A stretch of DNA of 63,907 bases, filler included, from Circinaria calcarea (lineage: Eukaryota), in NCBI GenBank assembly GCA_051942165.1. It is 9 parts of 9 records of this genome, joined end to end, with 100 filler letters (N's around TTAATTAATTAA, not from the genome) between each part and the next. Parts side by side here need not be neighbours in the genome. Positions count along the whole stretch, not along the records: positions 35,603 to 42,614 come from JAVECS010001433.1; positions 42,715 to 49,715 come from JAVECS010001434.1; 7 more parts are not named here. One strand, given 5' to 3'. The translations under genes were made by a program, and so were the position numbers. The notes under the pieces are model-generated. The model was not told the origin of the DNA, did not search any database, and saw only the letters and a program-made list of their open reading frames with translations. The first letter of the stretch is position 1, and every line of letters begins with the position of its first letter. Positions 37,064-49,815 of the stretch are shown in pieces.

Positions 37064-39796
37064 TCAGTCCAAATGGACACCAGTAGCTTCAGCACAACTT
37101 CATCGCATATCATCAGCTTTCTGTTCCGCTCAATACAAGGCCATCTGAGCAAACTTACGGATCGGGGGAATAAAAAATGCCCGAAGCCTCCCATGCTTCC
37201 TCGCGACGCAAAAATGCCGCAAATGTCACTGCGTCCTGGATACAACAAAAGCGAAAAGTGATTTCTCGACGCTAGTTTGTGTTAGCAACCATCATGAACA
37301 TGTCAAAAGTCGTAGGACCCTCTCAAGACTACACACCTCCTTCCCGTTTGGTCCCACAGCCTTTCGGTCTTCGATACCTTCCAACCGCCTGTGCTTACTA
37401 TTGGCAAGCTTAACCAACTCAGCCGTTGTAAACTTCGTATCTGCTCCGTTGACCTTGACACATCTCGTGGCTCTCTGTTCAATCAAACTCTGGAGTTTGC
37501 CCCCGACTACATCCACGTCCTTGCCTAACTCAACAAATGCAAATAGCTCCTTCTTTCCATCCTTTCCGTAGACGACACCGTTCTTGGTAGCGTTGTAGTA
37601 CTTTAGGCAATCTTGAGCGTGCAAAAAGAGCACAAACGCTGACGATTTACCAACTGAGATGTTTTCAAGTGGCCCTCCGTACACCAGAGAGGCTACAAAG
37701 GTCGCTGTAGGATCGGAAGGGAGCCCTGTGATGATGACTTTTCGAACACGTGCAGCTGTAGGCGATATGTCAGCCCACGCTTAGTACACTTTGTAAAATA
37801 CATGTCAGAGAGTCTGCCGCTTACCTGGTGCTTCTCTATCGTCGCGCTTTGGCCATGCCCCCAGAAATACCGCATTTTCAAGTTCGAAGCTGCCTACAGT
37901 AGCCGCATCCACAGCTGTGATGCCTGATGTTGTCCTTGCAGTGTTCGGTGACACAAGTTGGGACTCTACTGAAGGTGTTCGTTCCTCCAAGGCAATTCCC
38001 GAATGGGGGAATCTGCCACTGAAAGTAGAAGAGCTATCCCCTTTCCCGACGATCGTCGGGCTAGGCTTATGATTCGTAGTTGTTGTGGCTACAGAGGTGG
38101 CGGATGTACGAGATACTATGTTTTTAGTTGATGTTCCGGATAATTTGTTCTGCTGAGATATCATACATCTCAAATGCGGAGGAAGTTTTGAAGTATCATC
38201 TGAGCTTTGCAAGATCACGTCTTCATTGATAGAACGCCGATCCGATGAGGATTGAGAAACAGTGTCCTTACTAGAGGTAGTGTAACTCTCTTCCAGCAAT
38301 TCTCCTTGACTTGAAGCCCCAGTAAAGCCTGAAGGGTGCGGCATGTTCTGATTGGTTGAAGCGCTTATGTCATGCTGTTGGACGTGAGGAGTCGACTTTG
38401 AAATGTTTTCGGACCATGACGTTTCTCGGTGTTGGGAACCAGTCCTCTGCTTCAAAGCTGTTGTCTTCTTCACATCTTCCGTAGATGATGGCTCATGTTG
38501 GAGTGGATCAGAAATCTTCTTGGAGGCTGCCATCTTCCCAGAATCTTCAGGCGCCCGCTGCTTAGTACTAGCCGAATCTGGTAGACGCAAATGTGGAGGT
38601 ATCCAACCATTGTTTCCAGGGACGGCCGTTGCTGTCTCATTCATTGACGACACATTGGATGCTAGTGCCATGTCCTTTGCAGGTGTTGTTGCATTTGTAA
38701 CCTCTACTAGATTCGCAGAGTTTGCCGCAAGCGAACCTGTCAACGGTTTCGGAATAGAATCACGTCGTGCTTCCTTCTGCACCTGCTTTGGGGAGCGCTG
38801 ATTATTTGAAGAGCCTGATGCCCGCCGCAAGCCTTGCTCGGGCACTTCTGTATCGCTGGTCTGCCCCCCGGCTACACTAGAGTAGGAACCCAGGCGGGCA
38901 TGAGGCAGTTTAGCTTGAGCTTTGCTGGTTGTAGACCATTGAATCTCATCTTTAATAGTCGTCGATACTGATTCTTTGTGATCCGTGATCTTGGTAAGAT
39001 CATCGTCCCCAGGATGATCTTCCAACGCGGCAAGATAGTTTGCATGTGCTGCTCTCTCGGATCTTGACAAGAATGATGATAATGGTGCATCTGCTATAGT
39101 AAATGATGTGCGGTCAAAAGCTGCGTTACGTTCACGGCGTGACTCAGGAGATATATCACGGTATGGGCTCTTGAATCTAGGACGGCCATCGGCATTCAAG
39201 AGAATCCCTTTGGTCCGGCTTGGAGAAGACGATGGTGAAGGACCGGACGCATGTCGGCTCTGAGCAAGGCCATCCAGTGATGTTTTACCGGCAAGATATT
39301 TACCAACAGACACCTCAATTATACCTGTAATCTCCTCGATCTCCGCGGGACTCGGGTGTGGCCCAGATTCTGGTGTCGGCGGAGGAGCTTTGAGTCCACT
39401 AAGGTGAGGACTCCGTAAGAACTTATTTGAAATTGGTTCTGAATGAGCTATACCATTGTCCTTTGGCCGGATAGGAAGAACTGAGCTGTTCTCTCTTACT
39501 CCCTCTGGCGATGGGAGAGGAACAACACTGTCCGTATCACGATTTGGAACATCTGATGGGATTTCTCGGTCCGGAAGTGCAGGATTCTCGTTTCGTGATA
39601 TCAAACCACCAACCTCATCTTTTGCTACTTCAGTGCCTGGGTAGACTGCCTCATCAGAAGTCGTGGACTGCAGGCTCTGGGATCCTGAGGAGGTGAACGT
39701 CGTGGGCCTCTTTTTCTTCATCTCCTCCATGAATCGTCTGAGATGAGCTGGGTCATCAATCGCAGCGACGGACTGCTTTGAGCTTGAAGGTGCCAT
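37064..39796 (-). CDS. Hypothetical protein: long S/T/P-rich disordered N-terminus with C-terminal tandem RRM-like domains
   Basis: A long first exon (MAPSSSKQ...) splices into RVRKVIITGLP...VYGGPLENI...AFVLFLHAQDCLKYY...RATRCVKVNG | ITFRFCCIQDAV...FYSPDP | CAEATGVHLD*. Three canonical introns. Confidence 0.75.
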
Positions 39797-40293
39797 GTCT
39801 TCTTGTCGGTTTACATCATACACTGGAACACGTCCAGATAAGTACTGCTTACTGCCACTTTGCGTCACGACCAGAAAACTTACATGCTTCACCATCCCAC
39901 TTGGCAATTCCCAGGATAGCTAGATCCTGTAGGCTTCGACACTCTCAATGCTGTTGGTGGTTCAATACCGTGGAGCAGATTGTGCGTGGTAGGTTAAGGT
40001 GAAGGTTGTGAGGAACGGAAAGAAAAATGAAGTGGCATGTTTTGGTCAGTTAGGGCGGAAATAGGCGAAAGTCAGATGCTTGCCGCACATCATTTGGACA
40101 TTCAATGTGCTAATAAGATATAGGAGACTTTAAATTTTTGGTAGAAAATGAATCTATCCTCTCGTAATCTATAAAAATCCAGGTATTCCTATGCGAATCA
40201 CTAAATGCATGCAAATGGGTATCCAACTGCCAAAACATTCATGCAAATACCGTCAGAGCAAAGGAACAATATATCACCCTACATACAGCACGA

Positions 40294-41943
40294 TCACCAC
40301 AGCTTCCCCCCTTGAGGAATGCATACACTCTCCCAATTCTTATCGCCTGTCCTGTTAGCCTGTAGGATGACCTGCATTTCCCTCACACCGCAATACAGAC
40401 CGTTTCGGCCAGTTCTTGTTAACAACTGCCAGGACCCATTTCCCGGCAAGTGTGAATCCGCAACCCAGACTTCCTCATCGAACTCATCACCCTCCTCAAT
40501 CATTCGATGAGGATTGAAAGCTGGCATCCGAGCCAGGGTATTGGCCATCCAGTGGGGGATGCTGTATAAGCGTTCGAAGCGACGTGTAAACTGTAGCCAC
40601 CACAGATATCTAGGGTTATATGCAACCCGGATATAAGGATTAAAGTAGATGCCAGTGTCTGCTTCTTGGTCTGGACGCTCGGCAACTCTCAGGACATCCG
40701 CATGGATCAAGCAACATTCACAAGCATCAAAGAACATCTCAGGTTCTGCGCGGAACCGAGCTGGGGCAGATACAGCTTTTGGTTCGGCCGGTGAGATGTT
40801 ATAAAAGCCAATTTCCCGACTGCCATTCATTGGCGCTTTACTTGAAGATTGAAAATATCTGGCGTCAAAAGCAACCATACCACTCCAGCAGCTCTTCACT
40901 CGAACAGCATCCTTTTGATTCAGCACATCGTGTCTGCTATGAGCTCCACCTGCACTGGAGAAGAATGGAAAGAAGGGAACGCCCATGCTGTAACCCTCCA
41001 TGTCTCGAGTTGCAAATGTATCGTAAAACTTAAATGGATTGTAGAAATCAACGGCACATGCAGCCAAATAATCCGCTTTTCCATCAGCGGTAGCGTGTGT
41101 AGAAAACAATAGTTGAGCTGCATCGATTGGATGAAAGCTGACATCGTTGAGGAAGAGCACTTTGTCGTAAGTAACATCAGATGCCTGATCGAGGGGCCTT
41201 AAAGCCCGATTACGCATCTCCGAAAGATACGTGATTCGCTTGAGTCTTTCAGTCCCGTCTGGCATCGTAACTTTCGGAAACACCTCTCTGGGCACATGCG
41301 CCTCAGACACAATATTATGCTTGCATTTGACCTTGGCTTTGTATGTATCAAGCGCAGCTATTCCGTCATCCCCACTATCATTTTCGTAGATGCTCAAGAA
41401 GACGTTATCATATCCTAGTAGGTCGATAAGGTCAAGGAGTGTTTGACCCCATGGTCCACCCGCCAAGTGACCGCCTTTATCATACAAGCTTACTGCGATA
41501 AAGATCTTCTGGTTTAAGGGGTTCGCTCGTCCTGCTTCGTTTGACTGTAGTGACCGTGCTTTGAGGGCGGCATAGTGCGGGGGAAGATGCGTATAGGAAG
41601 GGCGGAAGATCGCGGTAAAGGCTATAAGAACGAGTGTAGCACTGCCGACGAGATTGAGGAGAAGTAGAATTCGGCGCAGCAGAGGTATCCAACAGTATTT
41701 TCCATGACGGGACAACCTTGAATGGCTAATTCGGCCGCGGGACCCTTTGAGCAGTCGCCTGATTCGCAGAGGGAGGTAAGCAAGCAAAGACCTCAAGCGT
41801 CGTCTCGGTTCATCAACATAATCGTCCTTGATCAGTCGCTCCGACTCAAGGTCGGCCTGGCTAAGTTCGTAAGCCTGGCCGTAGTCTGATGACTCTCGGT
41901 CGAGGAGTTGAAAATGTTCAGGAGCTAACAATTGAGACGGCAT
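40294..41943 (-). CDS. Glycosyltransferase family 69 (CAP59/Cmt1-like alpha-1,3-mannosyltransferase), type II membrane protein
   Basis: N-terminal TM; motifs NVFLSIYENDS, RITYLSEMRNRALRPL, KVLFLNDV, ACAVDF, FYDTFATRD, VKSCWSGMVAFDA, ECCLIHAD, NPYIRVAY. Confidence 0.92.
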   Translation of the reverse strand: MPSQLLAPEHFQLLDRESSDYGQAYELSQADLESERLIKDDYVDEPRRRLRSLLAYLPLRIRRLLKGSRGRISHSRLSRHGKYCWIPLLRRILLLLNLVGSATLVLIAFTAIFRPSYTHLPPHYAALKARSLQSNEAGRANPLNQKIFIAVSLYDKGGHLAGGPWGQTLLDLIDLLGYDNVFLSIYENDSGDDGIAALDTYKAKVKCKHNIVSEAHVPREVFPKVTMPDGTERLKRITYLSEMRNRALRPLDQASDVTYDKVLFLNDVSFHPIDAAQLLFSTHATADGKADYLAACAVDFYNPFKFYDTFATRDMEGYSMGVPFFPFFSSAGGAHSRHDVLNQKDAVRVKSCWSGMVAFDARYFQSSSKAPMNGSREIGFYNISPAEPKAVSAPARFRAEPEMFFDACECCLIHADVLRVAERPDQEADTGIYFNPYIRVAYNPRYLWWLQFTRRFERLYSIPHWMANTLARMPAFNPHRMIEEGDEFDEEVWVADSHLPGNGSWQLLTRTGRNGLYCGVREMQVILQANRTGDKNWESVCIPQGGKLW

Positions 41944-42275
41944 CGTGTTGAGCAAGCCGACAATGCTGGAGAGTATGGCATATTGAGAAGAGACGTTAAT
42001 GGCTATTGTCTGACGTGGAAGTTACGCAACCACAAAGTTATAGGGCTAAGGTGAATTTGCGGTGCAGGGCACTTCTCCATGTGAATTCCCAAACGGCAAT
42101 CAATCCTTGGCGCGGCTCCACATGAAACACAAGCATTAGGCACGGGCACGACGGGGCTACCTTTCTCCGGGACCCTGCAAATGGCTGACTCACAAGGGTC
42201 ATATCGAAATGTTATCAACAGCCCACTGAGGGGTACAAGGGACCCATTGAACTGTACAGAATTAGATCAGATAAC

Positions 42276-42614
42276 ATGGCGTCGGCGAGGAAGAAAATCT
42301 ATGTAGATGAGGACGTCGGCAAGGATGAGCAATCAGCAGATGGTAGCGAGACGACACCTTACAAGACCTTACTCTACGCCCACATCCAGCATCCTCCCAA
42401 AGATGGTACACAATACTTTACTCGGAAATCAGAGACTGGCCCTGTCAGCGCAGACGGTGACCCAGCAGCTAGGCTGGAATGGAAATCAGCAACCAAATCC
42501 GCGCTTAAAAAAGTCACCAACCTCTATGAGCAACACCAAAGAAAAGCAGCAAAGGGAAACGAGCTAGCTATACGTGAAAAGGAAGAGGCGGACAAAAGAC
42601 AGAAAGTACTAGAG
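42276..42614 (+). CDS. DED81: Cytoplasmic asparagine--tRNA ligase, N-terminal extension only (truncated)
   Basis: IYVDEDVGKD...DGSETTPYKTL...EWKSATKSALKK...EEADKRQKVLE matches the eukaryotic AsnRS N-terminal domain. Confidence 0.85.
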
Positions 42615-42714
42615 NNNNNNNNNNNNNNNNNNNNNNNNNNNNNNNNNNNNNNNNNNNNTTAATTAATTAANNNNNNNNNNNNNNNNNNNNNNNNNNNNNN
42701 NNNNNNNNNNNNNN
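42615..42714. other. Artificial contig spacer
   Basis: 44 N + TTAATTAATTAA + 44 N. Confidence 0.98.
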
Positions 42715-44107
42715 CACCCTCTTCTTCCCACTTCCCCAAACCCCATTCCCTCTATTCCCTCCTCCTCCTCCATTTCCCCTTTCTTTTCTTTCCCCTCTCT
42801 CTTTCTCCTAAATCCATCTTACCCCAACAGGGCAGAAACCGAACCAGAGATGGGAGCCAGATGAGCACGGACAGCGCGTATCGAGGCTTGGCCTGGAAAG
42901 TTGGAAGCCCGTTGGGTTGGAATTGTGCGTGGTGTGGTGGGTGTTGTTTGTGAAGGGGAAGAGGTGGCGGGAGGGCGAGGGAGAAAGAAGGGGAGGAGGA
43001 CGGAGACCGGGGGGGTGGAAGAAGAGAGAGGGGAAGATGTAGCGATAGTCAGGAGAGAAGGGGGGGCCTTTTGCGTTGGAGGCGGAGGAAGCTGGGGGAG
43101 CATGTATTACGCTGTACGCTGTAAGCACATAAAGGATGGAGGAGAGGAAGGAAGGGGGGATTTGGAGAGTGGAAAAGGAAGGAAGGAAGGGTAGATGAGA
43201 ACTCCATCTGTTTGGGTGGGTGGGGTCAGCGTCAGCAAGTGCCAGCCAGAAGGGGTAGAAGGGAAAAAAAGGAGTGAGGGAGGAAGGAAGGAATTGGGGA
43301 AAAAACACGACAATCTCCCGAATCCCCTTGGAACGACAGTTGTGATTTCACAACCGCAGCTGAAGAAGTGGGAAGAAGAAAGCATTCATTCAGCATAAAA
43401 CCCCAAATGCCAAGCTTCAATCCCGCTGAGATGCTCTCTCCGTCATTTCCATTCGCTGGACCACGCAGCCGACTCTCACCTCGACGTTCAACGATCCTCC
43501 TCGCCTTCGCCCCCGAAAAGTGACCGGATTAGGAAATTCCTGGGTGGCGAATTGCCGCGGGAAATCATTGGGCGGATGTCAGAGCCGCCACCGGGATAAA
43601 AAGGGAGGCACATGCTGCATGTTTGACATTTTGCGGGGAACCCGAAGGAAGAAGTTGGATTCTCATAGGTCTTCTCCTTTCGCGCGGACATTCAAGCCAC
43701 GAGAGAAAAAGGGTAATAGTGCTTACTTGGCTTGGATACGGGTACCTTTTGCATCGCTGAGGTCTGATGTGTGGATGGGTCCTGGAAATTAGCAGGATGC
43801 AAAGGGTCTGATGACAAAGGGACCGGCTTGTCAAACACGGGCCCACAAAAGATACCACCTGCAGCTGCGAGTATAGAAGCTACCGGAGCGAGTCAGGAGG
43901 CGCATGTGGTGAGTATAAAACAAACACGTGTTTCGCGTTTAGATGTCCATTGAGAACCTTGGTATTGAGGGTATGAGGATCCCATCTCGATACACTGCAT
44001 CGAACGCCTTCTTTGCCCAACAGCGCCTCCACTCATGCATAATCACCCCTCTATCCAGATGCAGACCGCGATCCAGCCGACTCCTATTCCATGGAATGGC
44101 ATGATAC

Positions 44108-46185
44108 TCATCTCAGGCTAACTCCCTTGAACCTCTTAGTAAGCTGTTCATGGTCGATGGTGCTACCATCATCCTCTCTAAAGCTTGAAGGGGAAGGACG
44201 CTTTGGGGGGCGCTCACCGCTTTCTTGCAGAATGGCCAGTAGTGTGGCCCATCCCGGCGTGTTGAGAAGCTGGAAGCCGTCCGACAAATCATGTGTCGTA
44301 GCGACCCGGCAGAGAAGCGCTTCCTCATCCTGGAGTGACACCGTTTATATCAGCACCTGTCACGCCCGCGTTACGCCGCTTTCAGTGTCAAGCTTACCTT
44401 GCTGAGAATCCCGATCCCGTGCAGGAAACACAGCAGGTGGAAATTCGAGGCAGACCTGACACCTTTCTCTGCATCCACCCGACTGCTACCAACACCCAAC
44501 TTCTTAGCGACATCTCTCAGCTCTTGGTTCTCACCAATAGTCGCACGATTCTCGACGGGAAATTCTGAGCCATTGAACATCGGGGTCGACTCGGTCGGGA
44601 AGCCATGGGTCAGCGTCACCAGTAAATACTCGACCGGAAAGCTGGGTTTGGCATTCTCCTGGACACTGGCGCCATATTCATTAATCCGGCGGTAAAACAC
44701 CTCCGGAATGTATCTTGTGCGACTTGGCATGCCGTCGTCTTCCTCTTCCGCACGTACCAGCATGACAGATGGATCCGCCGATGGTTCAACAATGTCTGCT
44801 CTGATCATCTCTACGGCCGAGTTGGATGCTTGAAACGCTGATATTGCGATCCCTCCGTCTTCATCGCCACTCAAAACACAGGTCACAAAATTCGATCCAT
44901 ATCGTCCCGTGTCGCTCCATTTGGTAGGCTTTGGGTTCTGGGCTTGTAGACGAGCCGCAAAAGCGATTTCAAGGGACGAGAGGTAATAGGAGTCAATATG
45001 CCGTTTGCAGACTACCGTACTATCACCCGCGCCCGCGTCGATGAGGTCTGTGAAGATCACACCCACTTTTTGCAGCCCACATAGCCGCGCTACCTCATCC
45101 ACTTCTGCCTCGTTCTCCCATTCATGTAACGTGCAGCCATCGACCTCATCTAGTTGAGGGGGTTCGTAGATAGCTTCGACGACAGCCTTGATACCGAGCG
45201 GCACCTCCGTATATGCTTCGTAGTGCCCATACATGAAGCCTAGTCGTTGCGATCCCGTTTTTCTCCAATAGTCGAGTAGAGTGTCTATCAGCGCCGGGGT
45301 TGAAAACTCCACGTGGTCTACCATTCGGAACTGCTGTGCCTGCAGAGTGATTGCGCTCGGCTGGCACTTTGTACATATGCCTTCGGGCCAGGGTGGATGT
45401 CCGGATGGACAGTCTCGCTTGACTCGATAGTAGGGTTCGCTGAGGGGTGGCATGTATGATGATTTGAGCTCTGGCTTATTGGTTGCGGAATTGATTTTTC
45501 GGAGATATGAGTGAAATGAAAGGTGCTTGATCTTTTTCTCTTCAAGGTATTCGGGTGCATACGGTTCCAAAGGCATACAGTAATCACACATCCCCTTGGG
45601 ACCGTGCCGACACATTTTCTGATCTCGAGGTCGCGGAATTTTGCCATCTTGCTTATCCAGCATATCATCTAACGGGGATTGCTTGACAACATCCCAAGGA
45701 TTTTTAATCGTCGCTGTAGGAGATCCCTGAGGTGGAGGCGCAATGGGTAGGTCTTCGGTGGGTAGAATAGGCAGACCGTTCAGTCTGTGGGCAGAAATGT
45801 GAGGCTGTCCTGGTATCGTCGTTGGGCCAGATGTATACCCGTTCGTTTGTGCTTGTTCGTGATACTTCAGGTAAAGCTTGGCCCCATGTTGAAGGCCGAC
45901 TCTTTCAATCGTCACACCCGCCAACGAGTTTAACCGCCTCTCTTCACCACCATGGGGTTTATTCGAGAGGGTGATGGTGGTAGGATCGACATTCCTGGGT
46001 AACTTGTCCAATATCTATAAAGGCAAGAGATGTAAATTAGTATGATAATTTGGTCACATCCCGAAGCTGCATTGCAAGCTCACCGGTGAGAGCAGAGACG
46101 TAAACTCGTCCGTCGGCGAAACTGTCAAGCGGAACTGGCCATCTTTGCTCTCGAACCTGAGCAACAGGGTATTTGATGAAGGCAT
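44108..46185 (-). CDS. NPL4: Nuclear protein localization protein 4 (Cdc48-Ufd1-Npl4 cofactor), 3 exons
   Basis: [20 protein letters not shown]; zf-NPL4 motifs [12 protein letters not shown] and [51 protein letters not shown]-terminal [13 protein letters not shown]. Confidence 0.97.
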
Positions 46186-46645
46186 ATTGTGTCAACGTCG
46201 TTGACGTAGAAGGAAAAGTCGGGCTATGAGGAGAATAGCTTTTAAAAGGCGCAAAAGATGAACAGCATCATTCTCATGCAGAACGCAGAATGACATCGAA
46301 CTTCCCAGAGACCCTTATCCAATCGGATGCCCGTCTAATTTAGTGCCTCGGTTCTATCCGTCCCATCAGCCCTGCCAACTAATCCCTGCTGCCAAGGCCG
46401 GCTATAACTTTTGTGATCGGTGTCCTTTGACGAGGGTTTGTTGGACCAGGGAGTTGAAGAGTGATCTATGTGTTTCAACATCTGCTTTTCTACAATCTCG
46501 TACCTTGATTACACATTGACGACGGGGGATACCTATGAAGATCATCTGCACAACCATTGCAATCAATCAAGCAAGCACCAAGGAAAGCACACCATAGAAA
46601 CTTTGCTCCAAACCGCAGAGGGCTGCCCATAACAGGACCGCAAAG

Positions 46646-47515
46646 ATGGTGGACTGGATAGGGCTTGCCGTACCGTTCGCATACCTGTTCGTCCTGGTAG
46701 GATCACTCGCAACATTCTCATCGCTCTACCGGTCACGAAAAGCAGGTAAACATTCCCTTCCCCCTCCATCAAACCCACTAACCCTCCATCCCCTTTCCTT
46801 TAGCAAAATCCTCCTCCCTCGAACCTTGGTTCCCTCCCCATCTTCAACGAAACATTTACCTCTCCCTCCTGCACCTTGAGCAGACCGAACCCGGCAAAGA
46901 CAAACCCATCACCGTGCCGGACAGCGTCCTCAAAGCCGCCCTCCTACGCCGCGCCACCGAAGACATCCACCGCATCATCTCGATCCGGAGCGCGAAACAA
47001 GCGCTCGCGACACTGCTGCAGCGGGGAAGCGTGGGCGACGATCTCTGGCAGCGGTTCCTGCGGGCGGAAAAGGAGGTCGAGGAGGAGCTGAAGGATGTGG
47101 TGAATGAAGTAAGCACCCGTGTCCTCGGTTCCTACAACTCACAGATCCACCGGTTTCTAATTTACTCTCCTCCTTCGTTCAGGCCAACGCCCTAGCCCCA
47201 AACTGGGGCACCACCATATTCCAATCCGCCAACGAAATGGCCTCCAACGCCATCATCCGTAAGCGCATCGAGGAAATCCAAGCCCAGGGCAAAGCCGACC
47301 GCGAATGGTGGGACAAGAAGCGCGCGAGCATCCAGACGGAATTCATGAAGGAGTTGAATGAAGGCGCGGCGGCGTCAAGGCCTGCGACGGCGGCAGGGGA
47401 GAAGTTGGGTAGCGATGAGGATGCTGTACTGGTGGAGGGCGGGGGTTCGTCGGCGGCTACGGGCGTCAATGCGGGGACGAAAGGGGGAACGAAGAAGAGA
47501 AAAGGGAAGAAATAG
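46646..47515 (+). CDS. SEC66: Sec63-complex subunit Sec66/Sec71, 3 exons
   Basis: N-terminal TM VPFAYLFVLVGSLATFSSLYR; PWFPPHLQRNIYLSL; VLKAALLRRA; LLQRGSVGDDLWQRF; ANALAPNWG. Confidence 0.93.
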
Positions 47516-48015
47516 ATTGATAGATGTGGAAGCGGCGTATAGGGCGTACCTGGGCGGACATGGCTTACATATAAGAAATGTCTATTTGGTCAAGATGAAA
47601 TCCATCCTTGCGACCTGGTGTCATGTTAGGGGGTTTTGCTTAGGGACTGGCTTAGGCGCATGGTCTAATTTATTGAACAGTTCAACGTACTAATCTTTGT
47701 AAAAGAAGAGAAACTATATCAAAATATCCCCAACTTCACGACCAAATGGAATATACTCTCGCTGCTATGGCCAGCAGGTAGGTCAAGCCATCGGAATATG
47801 GCTCAACCATGTATATACATGATTAGAGAGAAACGGACTTCGCAAATATACTCGCGAATGAACGGCATGCCAAATTTCAAAAGCAGATCAAACTTGTGCT
47901 AGAAAGATGCGCATAATAACAAACAAAACACATTCGTCAAATGGTCGATCGACGCTCTGTGTGCTGTACATCGAACTTTTGGTTCCATCCACCATAATCC
48001 AAACGACGCTAGCTC

Positions 48016-49669
48016 TCATACTCTTACCAACTGTCCCAATCGCTTTTCCAAAACCGCTCTTCCCTTGTCGGTTCTCCAGACCTCGTGGGGTGCGCCATTC
48101 ACAGCCTCCGCAGCAATCAAGTTATCCGTAAGCGTAGTCAGATCCTTCTGTTTCGCCGCCCATTCCTCGTCTCTTCTAACTTCGATACCGGAGCTAATCA
48201 CAACAAGTGGAGTATCCTTAGACTGGATATTCCGAGCCTGTGAGACCTCCCTTTTGGTAAGCGAGTTCGCCACTAGACTTTCCTGCAATTTCGCTTTGAT
48301 GAATTTCCCTCCTTGGTACGACGTCTTCCCATAGACTCGATCCTCGCGAGTCCGACCTTTGAACAGAGCAGCGGGCAAACGATCCCACCCAAGCGGTGAA
48401 ATGATTCCACGAGCCCAAAGGACGAACCCACGACTAGGCTTCCCGACTCGGTATAAGAGATCCTCGTGCATTGGGTCGATAAGCATCATGCCTTTGATAT
48501 CATGGGGATGCCTGCTCGAGAATATGCGACTGTAGACTGACCCAATACCTGCTGATACGAGAACCCAGGGACCCTCCTCACCAGCACGAGCAAGAGCTTC
48601 TGATAAAGCGTCTGCTGACATACCTGCAGAGTGCGGCGATGGAGCAGTATCCGACCAGGCCATACCAGGACGATCCCAGTAGCAATAACGATCTATCGTA
48701 CCATTTTGATACGCTGCATAGACCCAGTCATCAAAAGTATCCTCAAATGGAACCTCACCGGCTTCACACATGACAGTAGGGTTCCGGTAACCTTTGGCGT
48801 CGTAGGTAACTTCGCCCATACATGCAAGGTGAACCTGGTACTTATCTCCATCAACAGAATATCTCTTTCCGGGGGGTGATAGAGATGCATCACGGGCTCG
48901 CAAAATTAGGGTGCCAGTGAGCAAAACAACCACGAGAATCTGGATGAACAGTATGAGTGCAGACGTAAGAACAGCACACCATTCCCGAAGTGTACGTCGG
49001 GTTTCTTTGCGTCCTGTGAGACGTTCTTCTTCTTCCTGTTTGCCCCATGCAACCACGCGGTCTGTCAGTACATTGTACAGTGCCATGACTGTAGCCCAGA
49101 CGACTGAAGCAATGCCCACAAAGCCTTCTTCCTGCCGGATACGGTGCACAGAAACGATGATGATCATGTCGATCAAAAGTAGCCCTGCTATGACCAGACT
49201 GGAGACCTCCATGGCCTTGGATGGAACGGCGAAGAACAAGATACCAACCAGCAGATTTCCAGCAGTGAGAGTGGTGAAGGAGAAGTCGAAGAAGCCAGAG
49301 CCCCGGGTGTTGATATACGGGGGGGTGACAAAAATGGCTACCAACAACAGAACCCACCATAGGAAGGTAATGATGAGGAAGAGGATCGAAAAGTAGCGGA
49401 GAGCCCGCACACTCCACAAATTGTACGGGGAGACCTTTTCGATCGAGCATCAGCATCTCCGGCTTATTAGATAATCAGACATCACTTACGGCTGGATCGT
49501 CAGGATCTAGATAACCATCACGCCGGGGTGGCAGAAGGCGAGTCCGCTCATCTGGGTCTCTCCGGTCGGGTTGACGGGTATTCGGTCTACTTCCTTCACT
49601 CTCCTGCTGAGTATCGCCGTTTTCATGCTCGTCTTCCTCGCCATTCTTGGAACCCCACAGTGAGACCAT
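48016..49669 (-). CDS. Integral membrane protein with C-terminal alpha/beta hydrolase fold, 2 exons
   Basis: ERTRLL...YLDPDDPA | VSPYNLWSVR; several TM helices; YQVHLAC; RYCYWDRPGMAWSD; GPWVLVSAGIGS; LIDPMHE; APHEVW. Confidence 0.88.
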
Positions 49670-49715
49670 CCTCGGGAATGGTTGTAGTCGAGAGAGATGA
49701 TGTTATCTCTTTAGT

Positions 49716-49815
49716 NNNNNNNNNNNNNNNNNNNNNNNNNNNNNNNNNNNNNNNNNNNNTTAATTAATTAANNNNNNNNNNNNNNNNNNNNNNNNNNNNN
49801 NNNNNNNNNNNNNNN
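49716..49815. other. Artificial contig spacer
   Basis: 44 N + TTAATTAATTAA + 44 N. Confidence 0.98.

Noticed and set aside
42808..43420. Pro/Phe/Ser-rich and Gly/Glu-rich ORFs
   Set aside because: By-products of the low-complexity purine and pyrimidine tracts.
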